From Dictyostelium discoideum (taxonomy: Eukaryota), in the NCBI GenBank assembly GCA_000004695.1, contig CM000153.2, forward strand, positions 2,848,001-2,912,000: a stretch of 64,000 nucleotides of DNA, written 5' to 3'. Both the position numbers and the translations under genes were made by a program. This document shows, in pieces, positions 1 to 14,239 of the stretch. The notes under the pieces are model-generated. The model ran no database searches, had not been told where the DNA came from, and saw only the letters and a list, made by a program, of their open reading frames with translations. Each line of letters starts with the position of its first letter. The stretch's first letter is position 1.

Positions 1-45
1 NNNNNNNNNNNNNNNNNNNNNNNNNNNNNNNNNNNNNNNNNNNNN
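1..45. other. assembly gap (run of N)
   Basis: 45 consecutive n characters at window start. Confidence 0.95.
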
Positions 46-50
46 TCCTC

Positions 51-1418
51 ATGAATGAATGGATCAAGAAGTTTTGCCAAGCAACCAGCGCAAAAATAAA
101 CCAAACCAAATGCTCGCGTATCACTTTCAAATGGAACACCAAAACGCTATACACCGGCATAAAATCAAACGAAAGGTGCCTCGGCTTTGACTTCAACAAT
201 AAAGGTATCAAATCCAAAATCAATACAATCTCAGACAACATCAGAGCTAAACTAGTAACATGGAACTCAACTTCATCAACCTATATGGGCAGACTCATAA
301 TGGCAAAAACATATGCACTATCTCAGTTAACGTTCCACACTTACATCAACACCACACCACAACACAATAGTATTGAAAATAACATCGTAAAATTCGTTTT
401 CAACACAAAATCTAAAAACTCTCTTTCACTACAAAGAAGACAAAACAACTATATCAATGGTGGCCTAAACTTATGGAACCTGAAGACAAGAGAACTAGCA
501 CAGAAAGCATGGTTATTCGAAAGATACCTCCACCAAAGAGTAAGTAACACTCCTAGTTCATATATAAAACTGTGGGAAGAGGAACTCAAAAACAACAACA
601 ACAACAAAACAACAACAAAACAAAATCAACTACAACTACACTGGCAATGCAAGCAAGCATGGACCCAATTAAAAACTCCACAAAATAAACAAACACACTA
701 CGAACACCTCCCAAAATTAAAAAAAATATACGAGGATATGATGACAACTCAATCTCCTGAACACAACAAATTCATACCAACTCCTGGCCAAAAAGAAATA
801 ATGACCAAAATTAATAGCAAACACCTTCCATTTAAAGAAATCAAAAAAATAATAAACATGAAAGGTAGAGATCTATTATGGAGATACACACTGAAAGCAC
901 TACCAAAAATATACAACATGCCATGCCAACAGTGTGGGGAAGATGAGACCTCAGAACATATATTCTTCAACTGCAAAGCCCACATCAAAAACACACAAGA
1001 AATCTTCAACTACACCCTAACTAAGTCTGGACACACCACTCACACCTGGAATGTGAAGATTTTAAACCATCTACAAATTGCACTAGTAGCCAATTTAATA
1101 GCTATTATATTCGATAAAATCTGGCACAAAAGAAATAAACTCATTCACGATGAAAAAGAAATAATAATTCACAGACAACAAGTCATACGTGAACTAATTA
1201 AAACACAAAGAGCTGCATGGGACAGGACACAAGCGGTTATAAACAAAACATTAAGAATCAAATCAAAACAACGGCCAGAAGAACAAAATAAATTAGACTC
1301 ACTAATCTCGCTAAAGCTATTACAATTTAGCAGACAATGGAACTCACCTCTTCACGCAATAGAACTTCCTAAACATCTCAAAAAATACAATAATTCACTC
1401 AGTACTTTCTATAAATAA

Positions 1419-1482
<64 letters not shown>
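51..1482 (+). mobile_element. 3' fragment of a non-LTR (LINE/TRE-type) retrotransposon: C-terminal part of ORF2, then poly(A) tail
   Basis: A 455-aa open frame (51..1418) enters from the gap. Its base composition is much less AT-rich than host genes (CA-rich). It ends in a zinc-knuckle-like motif, CQQCGEDETSEHIFFNCKAH, typical of the end of non-LTR ORF2. It is followed directly by a 64-nt pure poly(A) run at 1419..1482. I am inferring the family; I cannot assign TRE5 versus TRE3 from memory. Confidence 0.55.
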
Positions 1483-1484
<2 letters not shown>

Positions 1485-1850
1485 CGGGGGACCCCAGGTA
1501 AACAAAAAATTTCCAAAATTTTAACTTTTTAAAAAAAAATTTTAAAAATTGAAAGAAAATTAAAGGGAAATTCCCAACCACCCCCCCAATTTTAAGGCAC
1601 CCAAAGGGCCAAAAAAAAAAAGGGAAATGGGGGGAAAAACCCAATTAAAAAAAAAAAAATTAAAAACCCGTTTAAACCTTAATCCCGAACCCGGCGGAAA
1701 AAAAAAAAAAGGTTTAAAAAAAAGGGGGGGAAAAAAAAAGGTTTTAATCAAAAGGTATTAACCCATTCCAAATTTGGGCCCCAAAAAAAAAAAAAAAAAA
1801 AAAAGGGGACCCTCCCCCTTTTTTAAAAACCCGGTAAAAAAAAAAAAAAA
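1483..1850. other. low-quality 'base-stutter' sequence; ORFs here are not credible
   Basis: Runs such as aacccgggggaccccagg, ccaaccaccccccc and gggccaaaaaaaaaaagggaaatgggggg show nearly every base doubled or tripled. The GC-rich islands are atypical for this genome. This looks like a poor read end next to the gap. Confidence 0.5.
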
Positions 1851-1983
1851 AATTAAATTAAATTGGGATCTAACATCCCAAGGAGAAGCAAATAATAATT
1901 GCGTTATCCAATTCAAAAAAAAAAAAAAAAAAAAAATCAAGAATATATTAATCAAAAGTAATTATACAATTCAAAATTCGAAA

Positions 1984-2023
<40 letters not shown>

Positions 2024-2135
2024 TAAACCAACCCCTCTTTTAGAGACCCTGTAAAAAAAAAAAATAAAATAAAATGAGATCTAGCATCTCAAGGAGAAGC
2101 AAATAATAATTGCGTTATCCAATTCAAAAAAAAAA
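1851..2135 (+). repeat. retroelement 3'-UTR module: two tandem copies of a unit ending in ...gagatctagcatctcaaggagaagcaaataataattgcgttatccaattc + poly(A), with an internal block ggtaaaccaacccctcttttagagaccctgt
   Basis: Direct repeat of 1851-1925 and 2055-2130. An inverted copy of the same block lies at 23310-23510. Confidence 0.6.
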
Positions 2136-3186
2136 AAAAGAATATATTATTATTAAAAATTTTGGAAGTTCCTTTATTTTTAGATTAAAAAATGTTTTTA
2201 TCATTTCAATTTTTTATTACTTTTTTTTTGAAAAATTATAATTTTCAAATGAAATGATAATTAAATAATAATGAAATACATTAATATGTGTGTTTAATAA
2301 AAAATAATAAAATATGGAAATGATAAAAAAATTAAAAAAAAAAAATAAAAAAATAAAAAATAAAAAATAACATTATAAAAAATATAAAAAAAACCATTGA
2401 TGTTCAAAATCATTAATTGAATTCCATAGATATTTTTTGATTAATATTAAAAAAATGGGTGTATACTATTTTTATTATTATTATTATTTTTTTTTTTTAG
2501 AAATTGAATTCCAAAATATCTATTATAATAGGAAAAATAAAAAAAAATAAAAAAAAAAATAAAAATTTTAAAGAGAGTCTGAGTGTGGGAAATTTAAATG
2601 TAATACAAAAAAAATTTGTAATTATTCTTTTAATTTTTTATTTTTTTTTTTATTTTTTTTATTTTTTTTATTTTTTTTATTTTTTTTATTTTAATTTTTT
2701 ATTTTTTTTCTATTTTCAATTTAAATTTTTTTTTTTCTTTATATAAATAGTATTAAAACATTAATTATAATATTTTATTTCATTTTATCTACATTATTAA
2801 AAAAAGGGTAGGTAATCAAATAACAAATTAATACTTGAATAACAATAATTAAATATCATTATTAATACCAAATTTATTTAATTTTATTTTTAATTTTAAT
2901 TTTTAAAAAAAAAATTATTTTATTTTTATTTTAATAATTAATTTTAATTTATAATAATTTTATTAAAATTTTAATTTAATTTTTTAAAATATATTCTTTT
3001 TTTATTTTTTTTTATTTTATTTTTTTTTTATTTTTTCAAATTTTTTTTTTTATTTTTATTATTAATTTTTTTATTTTTTTATTGCTCAATTTTAAAAACT
3101 ATATATTAAAACAGATAAGAAACAAACTATTAAAATCCATTATAAATATTTTATAAAAAATAAATAACAACAAAAAAAAATAAAAA

Positions 3187-4364
3187 ATGGTAGAATTATA
3201 TGATACATTTGTAAGTTTTAATTTTATTAAATTATTTTTATTTTCATTTTTTTTTTATTTTAATTTTAATTTTTATTTTTATTTTTTTCATTTTATATTA
3301 ATAAAAAAAAATAATTTAATATTAATTTTATTTTTTGTAAATCTCTTTATTTTTTTTTTTTTTTGTTTTTTTATTTTTTTTTTTTTAGGGAATTAAAATT
3401 TATGTTGATCATAATAAAACAACTATAAAAGGTATTGATTTACAAAAAAAGTTGGCAAAATTTTTTTTAAAGAAAAATATTCCACATTCATTAATTTCAA
3501 TTTTTGATATTGCAAATAATTTTGAAATTCAAAGAAGAATTAAAGAACATTCTAAAAAAATACCAAGATATCCATATATTGAAATTAATGGTCAATTATG
3601 GGGTGTAAAGTATTAAATTATATTATAAATTTAACAATACAGATGATTTTAATTATTAACATTATTTTTTATTTTAAATTATTTAGGAAGGTATTGAAGT
3701 TGAAGAAAGTGAAGAAATGGATCAAGTTTTAAAAGATTTAATAAATTATAAAATCCAAGGAACTGGAGAACAAGAAAATAATAGTATTGTTGATGCATTC
3801 ATTGCAGGTAATACAATGGTAGCAGTTGAACCTGAAACTTTATCAATTGGTTATTTGGATTCAGGTTTAAATCTTATTGAATGGTTATCACTTGGAATCG
3901 TTTCAAATATTTGGAATCCATGGGCTGTACCAATCGAACCATTGGATAAAGAATCTGATTTTGAATTTGATGTTATTCGTACAAATTGGTATGGTAGACA
4001 TCAATTTAGAAAATATAGATTCACTCCTTCTGAAATTGTTAGAATAAATAGTCAATCTGTCAAAGCAACTCTATATTATAAAGATATTCAACAACTTGAT
4101 CAAACAAATAAGAAAAATATTATTATAAAGTAATTATAACAATAATATATATATATATATATATATTTTTTAAAATTTCAATTTACTTGGAAATTAATTC
4201 ATTTTTTTTTTTTTTTTTTTTTTTTTTCCAGGATTTTAAATGGTGAAGATCAATATATTGAAGCATTAGAGGATGATATAATCAAAATGATAGAAATTAT
4301 AACATCAAGAGCATATTTAGTTCCAAATGGTGAAAATCAATGGGTTTCAAAAATTACAATTTAA
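3187..4364 (+). CDS. hypothetical protein, 4 exons: join(3187..3210,3389..3604,3687..4129,4232..4364). The N-terminal part resembles a glutaredoxin/SH3BGR-like thioredoxin fold without a CxxC motif (...RYPYIEINGQLWG).
   Basis: GTAAGT, GTAAAG and GTAATT donors. Acceptors are preceded by long T tracts (tttttag, atttag, ttttccag). Frames are continuous across all junctions and match ORF-track frames 3717..4133 and the terminal exon. The product identity is inferred and weak. Confidence 0.5.
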
Positions 4365-4680
4365 ATATAGTGAAAGTGGGAGTTAAACACTTTGCACGTG
4401 CATATGTATATATAAACACTATATATTTATAAATATAATGTGAGAAACTAATCAAAAGGAAATTCATAAACCACAAATGTTTGATTTTCTTTTTATTAAA
4501 TCAAACAAAACTATATATTTTTATCTATTTATAAATAAAATAAAGAAACTATTTCTTCCTTTTTAATTTTTCTCAACAATTTTCCCTTTTTTCAATTTTT
4601 TTTTTTTTTTTTTTTTTATTTAAATTATTTAATTTTTTTTTTTTAAAAAAATTTTTTTTAAATTAATTTTTTCAACTTCA

Positions 4681-4711
<31 letters not shown>

Positions 4712-4712
4712 A

Positions 4713-4744
<32 letters not shown>

Positions 4745-4778
4745 CATTTGTATATTACATAAAAACACACATCATAAG

Positions 4779-6360
4779 ATGGCAACATATAAACCATTAG
4801 AATATTTAGAACATTTAAAAAAGATTGTACCAGATCTCTCTGATCAAATCAATAATATTAAAGATACATATGAAAATAAGTAAGTAGAGATTAACTCAAA
4901 ATTAAAATAAATATAATAATAAATTCTTATTAACTTTTTTTTTTTAAAAAATTAATTAATCTAGATTATGGCATCAATTAACAAAACAAATTGAAATGAT
5001 TATCATTTCTCCACAATTATTGGAGAAAAAAGAGTTATTTAATTTTTATACAAACTTTATCAGAGACTTTGAAAATAAATTAAGACCATTAAGTTTAGTT
5101 GAAATTTGTATTGCTGTTGCAAGACAATTTGGTAAGTTAAACAATCATTTTAATATTAGTTTTTTTAATTTTTCATTATGAAAAAAAAAAAAAAAAATAC
5201 TAACAATCACTTTATAAATAATCAAATCACTTTTTTTTTTTTTTTTTTTAATAATTATTTATATTTATAGATACTGATGAAAGTAGAAAATTCATTGAAA
5301 CTATTTCTCAAAAAGTTAAAAAAGATAAATCAGCATACATTTTAACCTTATCATATATTGCAAATATGAATTTACGTTCAGGTGTTGCAGAACAATTACA
5401 AGATTGTAAAAAAACATTAGAATTAGCAAAAGAAGAATTACAAGGAGTCACTGGTTTAGATACAATTGTTTATTCTTCATTTTATCGTGTTTCAACTGAT
5501 TATCATATGGTAAATTTTTAATTTTTAATAAAAATTGACCAACCACCCCCTCCCCTCCCTCCCCCCACTCTTATTAATTTTAAATACATTTAATTTTTTT
5601 TAATTATTATTTATAGGCAAAGAGTCAAGCAAGTGAATTTTATAAAAATGCTTTAATGTACTTATCATACTGTAAATTAGAAACAATCTCTCAAGAAGAA
5701 CAAGCAAGTCTTGCTTATAATTTATGTATTGCCGCTTTAGTTGGTGAAAATGTTTATGGTTTTGGTGATTTAGTAAGTTTTTTTTTTATTTTTTTTGTAT
5801 TTTAAAAATATTAATCTTTATTTACTAATATTTATTTTGTTATTATTATTATTATTTAATTTTAGATTGCAAATCCAATTCTTAAAGCATTAGAAGGATC
5901 ACAACATAATTGGTTAATTGCATTTTTAAAGGCATTCAATATTGGTGATATTCAACAATTTGAAGGATTAATGTCACAACATCGTGATATTATTTCAACA
6001 CAAACTGCAATCACAAATAATATGCAAAAATTAAGACAAAAGATATCGATTCTCTCTTTGTTAGAATTGGCTTTTAGAACACCATCTGACAAGAGATCAA
6101 TTTCATTTTCAAAGATTGCTCAAGCCACTAAATTACCATTAGGTGAGATTGAACATCTTTTAATGAAATCACTTTCATTAAATTTGATCAAAGGTTCAAT
6201 CGATCAAACTGTTGAAATCATTCACATCACTTGGGTCACTCCAAGAATTTTAGATCTTAATCAAATCAATTCAATGAATAATAGAATCGCTGAATGGACT
6301 GAAAAAGCAAAAACTTCTTTAAGATTAGTTGAAGATGATACTGTTGATTTAGTTGCTTAA
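4779..6360 (+). CDS. psmD13: 26S proteasome non-ATPase regulatory subunit 13 (Rpn9, PCI domain), 5 exons: join(4779..4879,4965..5131,5271..5509,5617..5772,5866..6360)
   Basis: The translation MATYKPLEYLEHL...LWHQLTKQIEM...ILSLLELAF...ITWVTPRILDLNQINSMNNRIAEWTEKAKTSLRLVEDD matches PSMD13 along its length, including the C-terminal PCI helices. All introns have GTAAGT or GTAAAT donors and (T)nAG acceptors. Frames agree with ORF-track entries 4996..5181 and 5971..6360. Confidence 0.85.
5541..5570. other. C-rich tract ccaccccctcccctccctccccccactc inside psmD13 intron 3; the complementary strand is a G-quadruplex-type motif (GGGGGG/GGGAGGG/GGAGGGGG)
   Basis: Seen directly. It is a striking GC island in an otherwise >85% AT intron. 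Confidence 0.6.
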
Positions 6361-6844
6361 AATTTTTAATTTAAAATAAATAAATATAAATAAATAAATA
6401 AAAAAAAAAAAAAAAGTAATAATAAAAAAAAAAACAAAAATAAATAAATATATAGTAAAAATAAATTAAATGTAAATTATTTATGAAATAAATAAATAAA
6501 TATATTAAAAAATTATAAATATATGTAACTGGAACTAAAATAGTTATAAAAAATATTGTAAATTATTATTTTGTTTAGGAAAATAAATCTTTTTTTTTTT
6601 TTTTTAATTTTAATTCACAACCTATAAAATAAAGTTCATTATTTAAAAAAAAAAGTTTTAGAAAAAAAAAAAAAAAAAAGCCTCATTTTCACATTAAGGT
6701 ATCATTTAAATTATTTCCAAAAAATATTTCCTTTTCATTTTTTTTAAATTATTTTTTAATTAGATTTGTAAAGTAATTTTTTGGGTTAGTGCGAAACCAA
6801 GGATCTTCATTTAAAAAAATAATTATGAGTAAGCATGTCTAGGT

Positions 6845-6891
<47 letters not shown>

Positions 6892-7137
6892 AAATGAAAA
6901 ATTAATTTTTTGTTTTTATTTTTTTTATTTTTTTATTTTTTTTTTTGTTTTTAATTTTTCCTTCCTTTTTTTTTTTTTTTTTTATGTATTTATGTTTTAA
7001 AAAATCTTGTGTAATTATAAATTTAGAATATAAATTGAAAATCACTTGATTGAAGAATTCTTAAATCTATAAAATAATTTATTTATTCAAAAAAAAAAAA
7101 ACAAGAAAAATAAAGAAAAAAACAAAACAAATATAAA

Positions 7138-7823
7138 ATGGAGACAAGCAAAATCATTTCAATGTCAAGTGCAATGACACTTGTTCACTTTTCATTATCT
7201 ATACTTTTATTTATTGCATCAATTATGATATTCAATGCTAAAAATGTTATTCATTTTAATAGTTTTACAATGATGTAAGTAAAAAAAAATAAAAAAAATA
7301 AAAAAAATAAAAAAAACAGGTTCAATCAATTAATGTATATTGTTATATAGTATTTTAAGTTTTTGGATGATTTTTACAGGTCTTCATGGATGGCGTCATT
7401 TTGATCAATATTATTTTATGTATACTTATGCTGGAAGAGGTGTATTTTATTTTTTGTAGGTATTAAAATTATAATAATTATAATAATTATAATAATAATA
7501 ATAATAATAATGGTAATAATATAAAATGCTAATAATGTTTAATAAATAAATAAATAAATAAATAAATAAATAGCACAGGACTTTTAGTATGGGGAAGTAA
7601 TGAAACTGAATTTTACTCAACAGTTGTTTCATTATTATTTTTATTATTTGGATTAGCAGGTATGGGACTTGGATTATTTTCATCATATGAGCCACCAAGA
7701 CCATTACTTGGACCAGTAGATTTCGTTCCATATAGACAAAAAGAAATTGCATTAGCCTCACAAGCAGATTTCATGGATGATAGTCCACCACCATCTCAAC
7801 AAAATTCAACTTTTACAATTTAA
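7138..7823 (+). CDS. small multi-pass (about 4 TM) membrane protein, 3 exons: join(7138..7274,7351..7455,7574..7823)
   Basis: METSKIISMSSAMTLVHFSLSILLFIASIMIF...FWMIFTGLHGWRHFDQYYFMYTYAGRGVFYF|FTGLLVWGSNETEFYSTVVSLLFLLFGLAGMGLGLF...SPPPSQQNSTFTI*. It has a GTAAGT donor, tatag and aaatag acceptors, and consistent phases. The antisense ORF 7447..7761 is spurious. Confidence 0.55.
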
Positions 7824-8190
7824 AAATAAATAAAATAAAATAAAAAATAAAATAATAATAAATAAAAATAAAAAAAAAACGAAATAAAATGAAGGAAAAA
7901 GAAAACGCATATAATAAAAATCATAAATGTACATAATATCTATTATAAAAAATAAAATAAAATAAAAACGTATGAAAATATTAATATTAATAAAAATTAT
8001 AAAATTCCCTCCTTTTTTTTGAAATTTAAAATTTTTTTTTATTCGTTAAACACATATTTTTTTTTTTTTTCCCTTCCTTTTTTTTTTTTTTTTTAATTTT
8101 CAACTTTTATTTTTATTATACTTTATTTTAAATTACTTCATTAAAAAAAAACAAATAAAAACAAATAATAATAATAAATGATAATATAAA

Positions 8191-8194
8191 ATGG

Positions 8195-8228
<34 letters not shown>

Positions 8229-11200
8229 TAAAAATGATAAAAATGAATTAAATAAAATAAAAGTTGCAATTAGAGTTAGACCATTAAATTCTCGTGAATT
8301 GGGTATAGATCAAAAAATACCATGGTCAATTTCTAAAGATACAATTAGTTTATCACAAAATCCAAATATTAATTTTACATATGGTAAATAGATTATTATT
8401 ATTATTATTTTATTTATTTCTTTTTCTTTTTTTTTTTTTTTTTTTTTTTTACTAAATTATTTATTTTTTTATATATATATATAAAAAGATTATGTATTTG
8501 GTATTGATTCAAATACAATTGATGTTTATAATGCAATTGCAAAGAGTATTGTAAATTCATCATTGAATGGTATAAATGGTACAATCTTTGCATATGGACA
8601 AACATCATCAGGTAAAACATTTAGTATGAGAGGTACAGAATCAATACCAGGTATAATTAAATTATCAATTAAAGATATATTTAAGAGCATTGAAGATTCA
8701 ATTTTGGAGAAAGATTATCTATTAAAGGTATCTTATTTAGAGATTTACAATGAGGAGATTAAAGATCTATTGAATCCAACTATTAGTAATAAAAAGAAAT
8801 TAAAAATTCATGAAGATATATATAAGGGTGTAGTAGTTGCAAATCTAAAAGAAGAGATTGTAATATCACCCGACCAGATCTTTGCATTGATGAATTTCGG
8901 TGAGGAAAGGAGACATATCGGATCCACAATGATGAATGACTCGAGTAGCAGATCGCATACAATCTTTAGAATGCAGATTCAAAGTACATGTAAACAAAAT
9001 GGTACTATTCAAATGTCGACCTTGACATTGGTGGATTTGGCTGGTAGTGAAAGAGTTTCAAGTACAGGTGCAGAGGGTGTGCGTTTAAAAGAGGGTACCC
9101 ATATCAACAAGAGTTTGATGACACTAAGCAAGGTCATCTCTAAATTGAGTGAAGAGAAGACTCAACAACATGTGCCCTATAGGGATAGTAAACTAACTAG
9201 AATTTTACAACCTTCATTGGGCGGCAATTCAAAAACCGCTATCCTATGTACAATTACACCAGCAACAACGCACCAAGAGGAATCCATCTCAACCCTACAA
9301 TTTGCAAAGAGAGCTAAACGAGTTAAAACCAATTATAAAATCAATCAAGTTGCAGATGCAAATACAATGTTAAAAAAATATGAATCTGAAATATTAGAAC
9401 TTCAAAATCAATTAGTAAAATCTGAAGAAATCAATTCCCTCTTAAGAAATACAATATCAACACAAGAGATCTCTTCAAATAATTTTAAATTAGGTATGAA
9501 AAGATTTAATGACGCAATAATTGGTGGTAGTTTAATTAATGAAAATAAAAAGAAAAAGAAAAGAAGAAATACTTTAGATCCATCATATCTTTTAAAAGAT
9601 AAAATTATAAAAAAAAAAATTAGAAAATCTGAAAATCAAAAAATTAAAAAAATAAAAAATAGTGAAAATAATATTAGTAGTAGTAGTAGTAATAGTAGTG
9701 GTGAAGAGGATGATGATGATAAAGATGATGAAAATAATTATTCAATTAATCAAGATGATAAGGATGATAGTAATTATGAAGATGATGATGATGAAGATGA
9801 AGATGATGATGAAGAAAGCGATACTGATAATGAAGATGATGAAGATAATGATGAAGATAATGATGATGATGATGATGATGATGATGAATTTAAAGATAAT
9901 TTAAATTTAATTGAACCATTAGATGATGAAACAATTAAAAAAATTAAAGATTTAGATGATAGTTTAGGAATTTCAGGTCAAGTTAAAGTTAAAAGAGAAG
10001 ATTTAGATCTAATATATGAAGAATTAGAAGAAAATAAGAAATTAATTGAAGAATATGAATCAACACTTGAATTATTAAATAATCAATTGGATGAAAAAGA
10101 AATTGAACATAAAGAATTATTAATTATAATTGATCAATGGGAACAAGAATGTACAAATAGAGAGAATCAAAATCAAGAATTACTCGAAATCGATCAACAA
10201 TCAAAACAATCAATTCAACAATTAAATGATAAACTTTTAGAGACAAAACAACAATCTAAACAATCCATTGATCAATTGAATCTTCAATTAATTGATATTG
10301 AATCTGAATCAAGTAAAAATAAGAAATCATTTGAGAATGTTTTAGGAGTCTTTGAGAAATCTTATAGATTAGCAGAGAGATTAGAAGATAAATACTTTAC
10401 AAAAGAGATTGAATCAAAGAAACAAATTGAAACATTGGCAAATTCATATCTACAATTGGAGACAACTTATCAACAACAATTGAATATTAATCAACAGTCA
10501 CAACAAAAGATTCAATCATTAAATAATGATATAGAGCAATTTAAATTGGTTTGGGTGCCATTGAAAGATCAAGTCAATGGTTACTTTCAAGAGAATCAAA
10601 TGTTTAAACAATATATAATAGAGTTGGAAGAGAAATACAATACTTTGATTGATCTTCAAAAAGAGGTTGAACAAAATTATTTAACAAACACTTTGGAACA
10701 ACAAAGAAATGATCAATATCAAATCGAAATCAATCAATTGACAACTGAATATAATAATCAAATTCAACAATTGGAGAGTACAAATCAAAAATTACAAACT
10801 CAATTATATAATCTATTGGCAAATGCAACTCAATCAACTCAAACATTGGAACAGCAATTACAAACTTCCAAACAAGAGATCGATACGCTAACAAACGAGA
10901 TTGAGCAATTGAAAAACCAATATGATATTATTAGAGTTGATAATGATAATCTTTCAAAGGAATCATTAGAGTTAAAACAAATTCTACTTTCAAAAACTCA
11001 ACAATTGGAAGAACAACTATCATTGGCACAACAACAAAAGGGTAATATTGAAATCATTCAACAATTGGAATCTATAATTGTTGATAATCAACAATCTATA
11101 GATCAATTGAAAATTGAATTTGATCAATCACAACAAGATAATCAATCCATTAAACAATCTTACAATCAATTGGAATCAACTTTAACATTGGCACAATCAG

Positions 11201-14064
11201 AGAATCAACGTTTACTCACTGAAAATAAACAATTCATCACAAGTTTAAATGAGATTAAATCACTATTCAATTCAATTCAACAACAAAAAGAAACTATTCA
11301 ATTGGAATTCAATCAACGTTTACAAAGTTGGTCTCTTGATAGTGAAAAGTATAAAGAGATCATATCGACATTGGAACAATCAAATCAGAAATCAATTGAA
11401 TCTTATGAATCTAAATCATTGGAATTCCAAGAGAAAGAGAATCAATTCGATTCTCTATTAACAAACTATAATCAATTATTTAGTAAATATAATGATCTTG
11501 CTACATCCAATGAATCAAATAGATTAGAATTTGATCAATTTAAAAAAGATTCAAATCAATCCATTCAATCACTTGAATCACTTGAAAGATCATTAAAATC
11601 TGAAAATGATAATCTTTTACAACAATCTAATCTATTGAAATCTCAATTGGAATCAATTGAAAAACAAAAACAAGATCAATTAATACCAATTCAATTGGAG
11701 TTAGAATCAAAGAAATGCGAACTATCCAAACTATCTTCTCAATTCTCTGAACAAACTAAACAAGTGACTCAACTACTCATAAGTGTAGATCAATATAAAA
11801 TTTCAACAAATAAATTAGAATCTCAAATTAGCGATCGTAATGAAGAGATTAATAATTTAAAATTAAAAGCAATTGAAATCAATGCATTAAAAGAAGAGAA
11901 TATCTCACTCAAAGATCAATTAACAAAATTGAAAAAGGCTCCAAAATCTCAAACCGATCGTGAAAAAGATATGATAAAGAAAGAATTGGAAAAACTTCGT
12001 GAGAAATTCAATGCAATCGATGCAAAACTTAAACAAGCTATTCAAGATAAACAAACCATTCAATCTGAAAAACAATCATTGGAAAGAGAAATCAAAGACC
12101 TAAAGAGATCACATACCTCTACTGAAACTGAATTAGATAAATTGAAAAAAACTCATCTTGCTGCCGATGTTAAGTCAAAAGATTTCATTGCATTAAATAA
12201 ATCGGTTGAAATATTAACAAAATCACAAGAACAACTTAAATCTACAATCATAGAACTTGAATCAGACTTGTCAAAGAAAAATATTGAATTAGAAAAGAAA
12301 CAAGAAGAACTTGTCACACTCAACCAAGATAAACTTGAAAAAGAAAAGAAAACTAATCAATTAGAATCTGATCATTCAAGTGCTACCATTAAATTAGAGA
12401 ATTATGAAAATCAAATCACTCAATTAACAAGTGAAATCATTGATTTAAAGAGTAAATTTCAAGAATTTAAATCTGAATCTGAAAGCAATATCAAACAACA
12501 AGAAATTAACCTAAAAGAATCAAATGATCTAAATCAACAATTAACTAATGATAAATTTGAATTAACCAAACAATTATCTGATTTAAAGGTTGAATTTGAT
12601 AAATCTAAACAATTATGGTCAACAAGATCATCCGAATCAAATGATACAATTAAAGAACTTCAAGAATCAATCATTTCAAAAGATAAAGAACGTCAATTAA
12701 CCTCTGAACAACTTGTAAAATTAACCGATCAAATCAATTTAAAAACATGGGAATACAATGATTTGAATTCTCAATGCCAACAACTTACAAAAACTTTACA
12801 AAATGTAAAATCCAGTAACGAACAACAAGAACAGTCCATCGTATCACTTGAATCTCAAACATCTGCCAAAATTAAATCATTGGAACTAGAGATATCACAA
12901 ATTCAAGAAAATCATCGTTTAGAAGTATTGGAATTAAATCGTTGTAAAAATCAATTATCTGAAAAACAAACTCTAATGGAACAAGATAATATACAATTGA
13001 ATGAACGTATCATTCAATTACTACATCAAAAAACTAAACATGAAAATGAAATACTCTCAATGGAATCAAATATTATAGATTTAGAGAATCAAACCAAAGA
13101 ATTGAAATCAAAAATTGAAACTGCCCAACAAGATTTTGAAATTGAAAAGAACTATCATACCGGTTTAAATGAAACCAATACTACAACCATTAAAACAATG
13201 AATGAAGAATTAACTCGTTCAAATCAAACCATTCAACAATTACTCTTTAAAATTTCAAAATTGGAACAAACTTCATTACAAACTCAACAACAACAAGAAT
13301 TACAACAAGCAACCATTTCAGCTCAACAACAAAAACAACAACAATTAGCCGACGATCAAGAGAAACAACAACTCTATCAAAAAATAAAACTAATTGAAAA
13401 AGAATTGGAATCAACAAAACAAAAGAATCTCTATATCACTGAACAATTCACTCTAAAAGAATCTGAATATCTAGATACTATCACCGATTATGTTTGTAAG
13501 GAAAAAGAATTTGAAAAATCAAAAGCTTCCCTAAAAACTAGTGCTACAAAAATTCAAGCATTAAATGATATCATTAAAAAACTTCAAGAAGAAAAACCTC
13601 AACAACAACCTGTTGTTAAAGTTTCTTCTTCTCAAGTTGTAAATCAAAATGGTCAACCAATTAAATCAATTTTAAAGAAACCAAAATTAGTTATTATACC
13701 AAGAGAACAACTACAGCAACCACCTCAATTTAAAGAACTTACTCTATCAACTTTAAATAGTAATGATAGTAATTGTGAACCTGAATCCGTTTCAGCTTCA
13801 TCTACTTTAACTTCTTTACAATCAATCTCAAAGTATATTGGTAAAAGATCTGAACAAACAACTCTTGAACATGATTTAACCTCTTCAACTTTAAATCTAC
13901 CATTACAACAACAAAACAAAAAAGTTAGATTAGTAATCACTAAAAATAACAAAACTTCAACTGATAATTTAACAACTACTTCAACCTCTTTAAAATCAAA
14001 ATCATCATCCAATGGTGAAAACAAAGAAAATCAAAATAATAATATTATTATTAAAAATAATTAA
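8191..14064 (+). CDS. kinesin heavy-chain-like protein, CENP-E/kinesin-7-like (N-terminal motor, acidic tract, about 1,400 aa of coiled coil), 2 exons: join(8191..8383,8489..14064); possibly kif4
   Basis: The motor domain motifs are present: IRVRPLN, GQTSSGKTFSM (P-loop), SSRSH (switch I) and LVDLAGSE (switch II). Exon 1 ends at a GTAAAT donor and exon 2 starts after aaaaag. The frame matches ORF 8563..14064. A long D/E tract lies at about 9660-9900. The rest is heptad-rich Q/L/E/K coiled coil. Confidence 0.85.
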
Positions 14065-14239
14065 TAATTTTATTTAAAAAATTTTATTTTTTATTTTTCT
14101 ATCTTTTACTTTTTTTATAAGAAAAAAAAAAAAAAAAATCAAAAAGATAATTGTAAATAAATATATATATTTAAAAAAATTAATATCTCTTTTTTTTTTA
14201 TTTTTTATTTTTTTAATTTTATTTTATTTTTTTTTTTAT

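Noticed and set aside
1399-2043. ORF-track ORFs 1399..1644(-), 1560..1751(-), 1758..1955(-) and 1774..2043(+), rich in F/K/G/P
   Set aside because: They lie entirely in the base-stutter and poly(A/T) region. Their amino-acid composition is simply a read-out of homopolymers. There is no start context or splice logic.
7447-7761. Minus-strand ORF 7447..7761
   Set aside because: It overlaps exons 2-3 and the intron of the plus-strand membrane-protein gene. It contains a poly-Tyr run from a (ATA)n intron repeat and has no support.
9662-9904. ORF 9662..9904(+), poly-Met/Lys/Ile
   Set aside because: It is an alternative frame of the GAT/GAA acidic tract inside the kinesin CDS.
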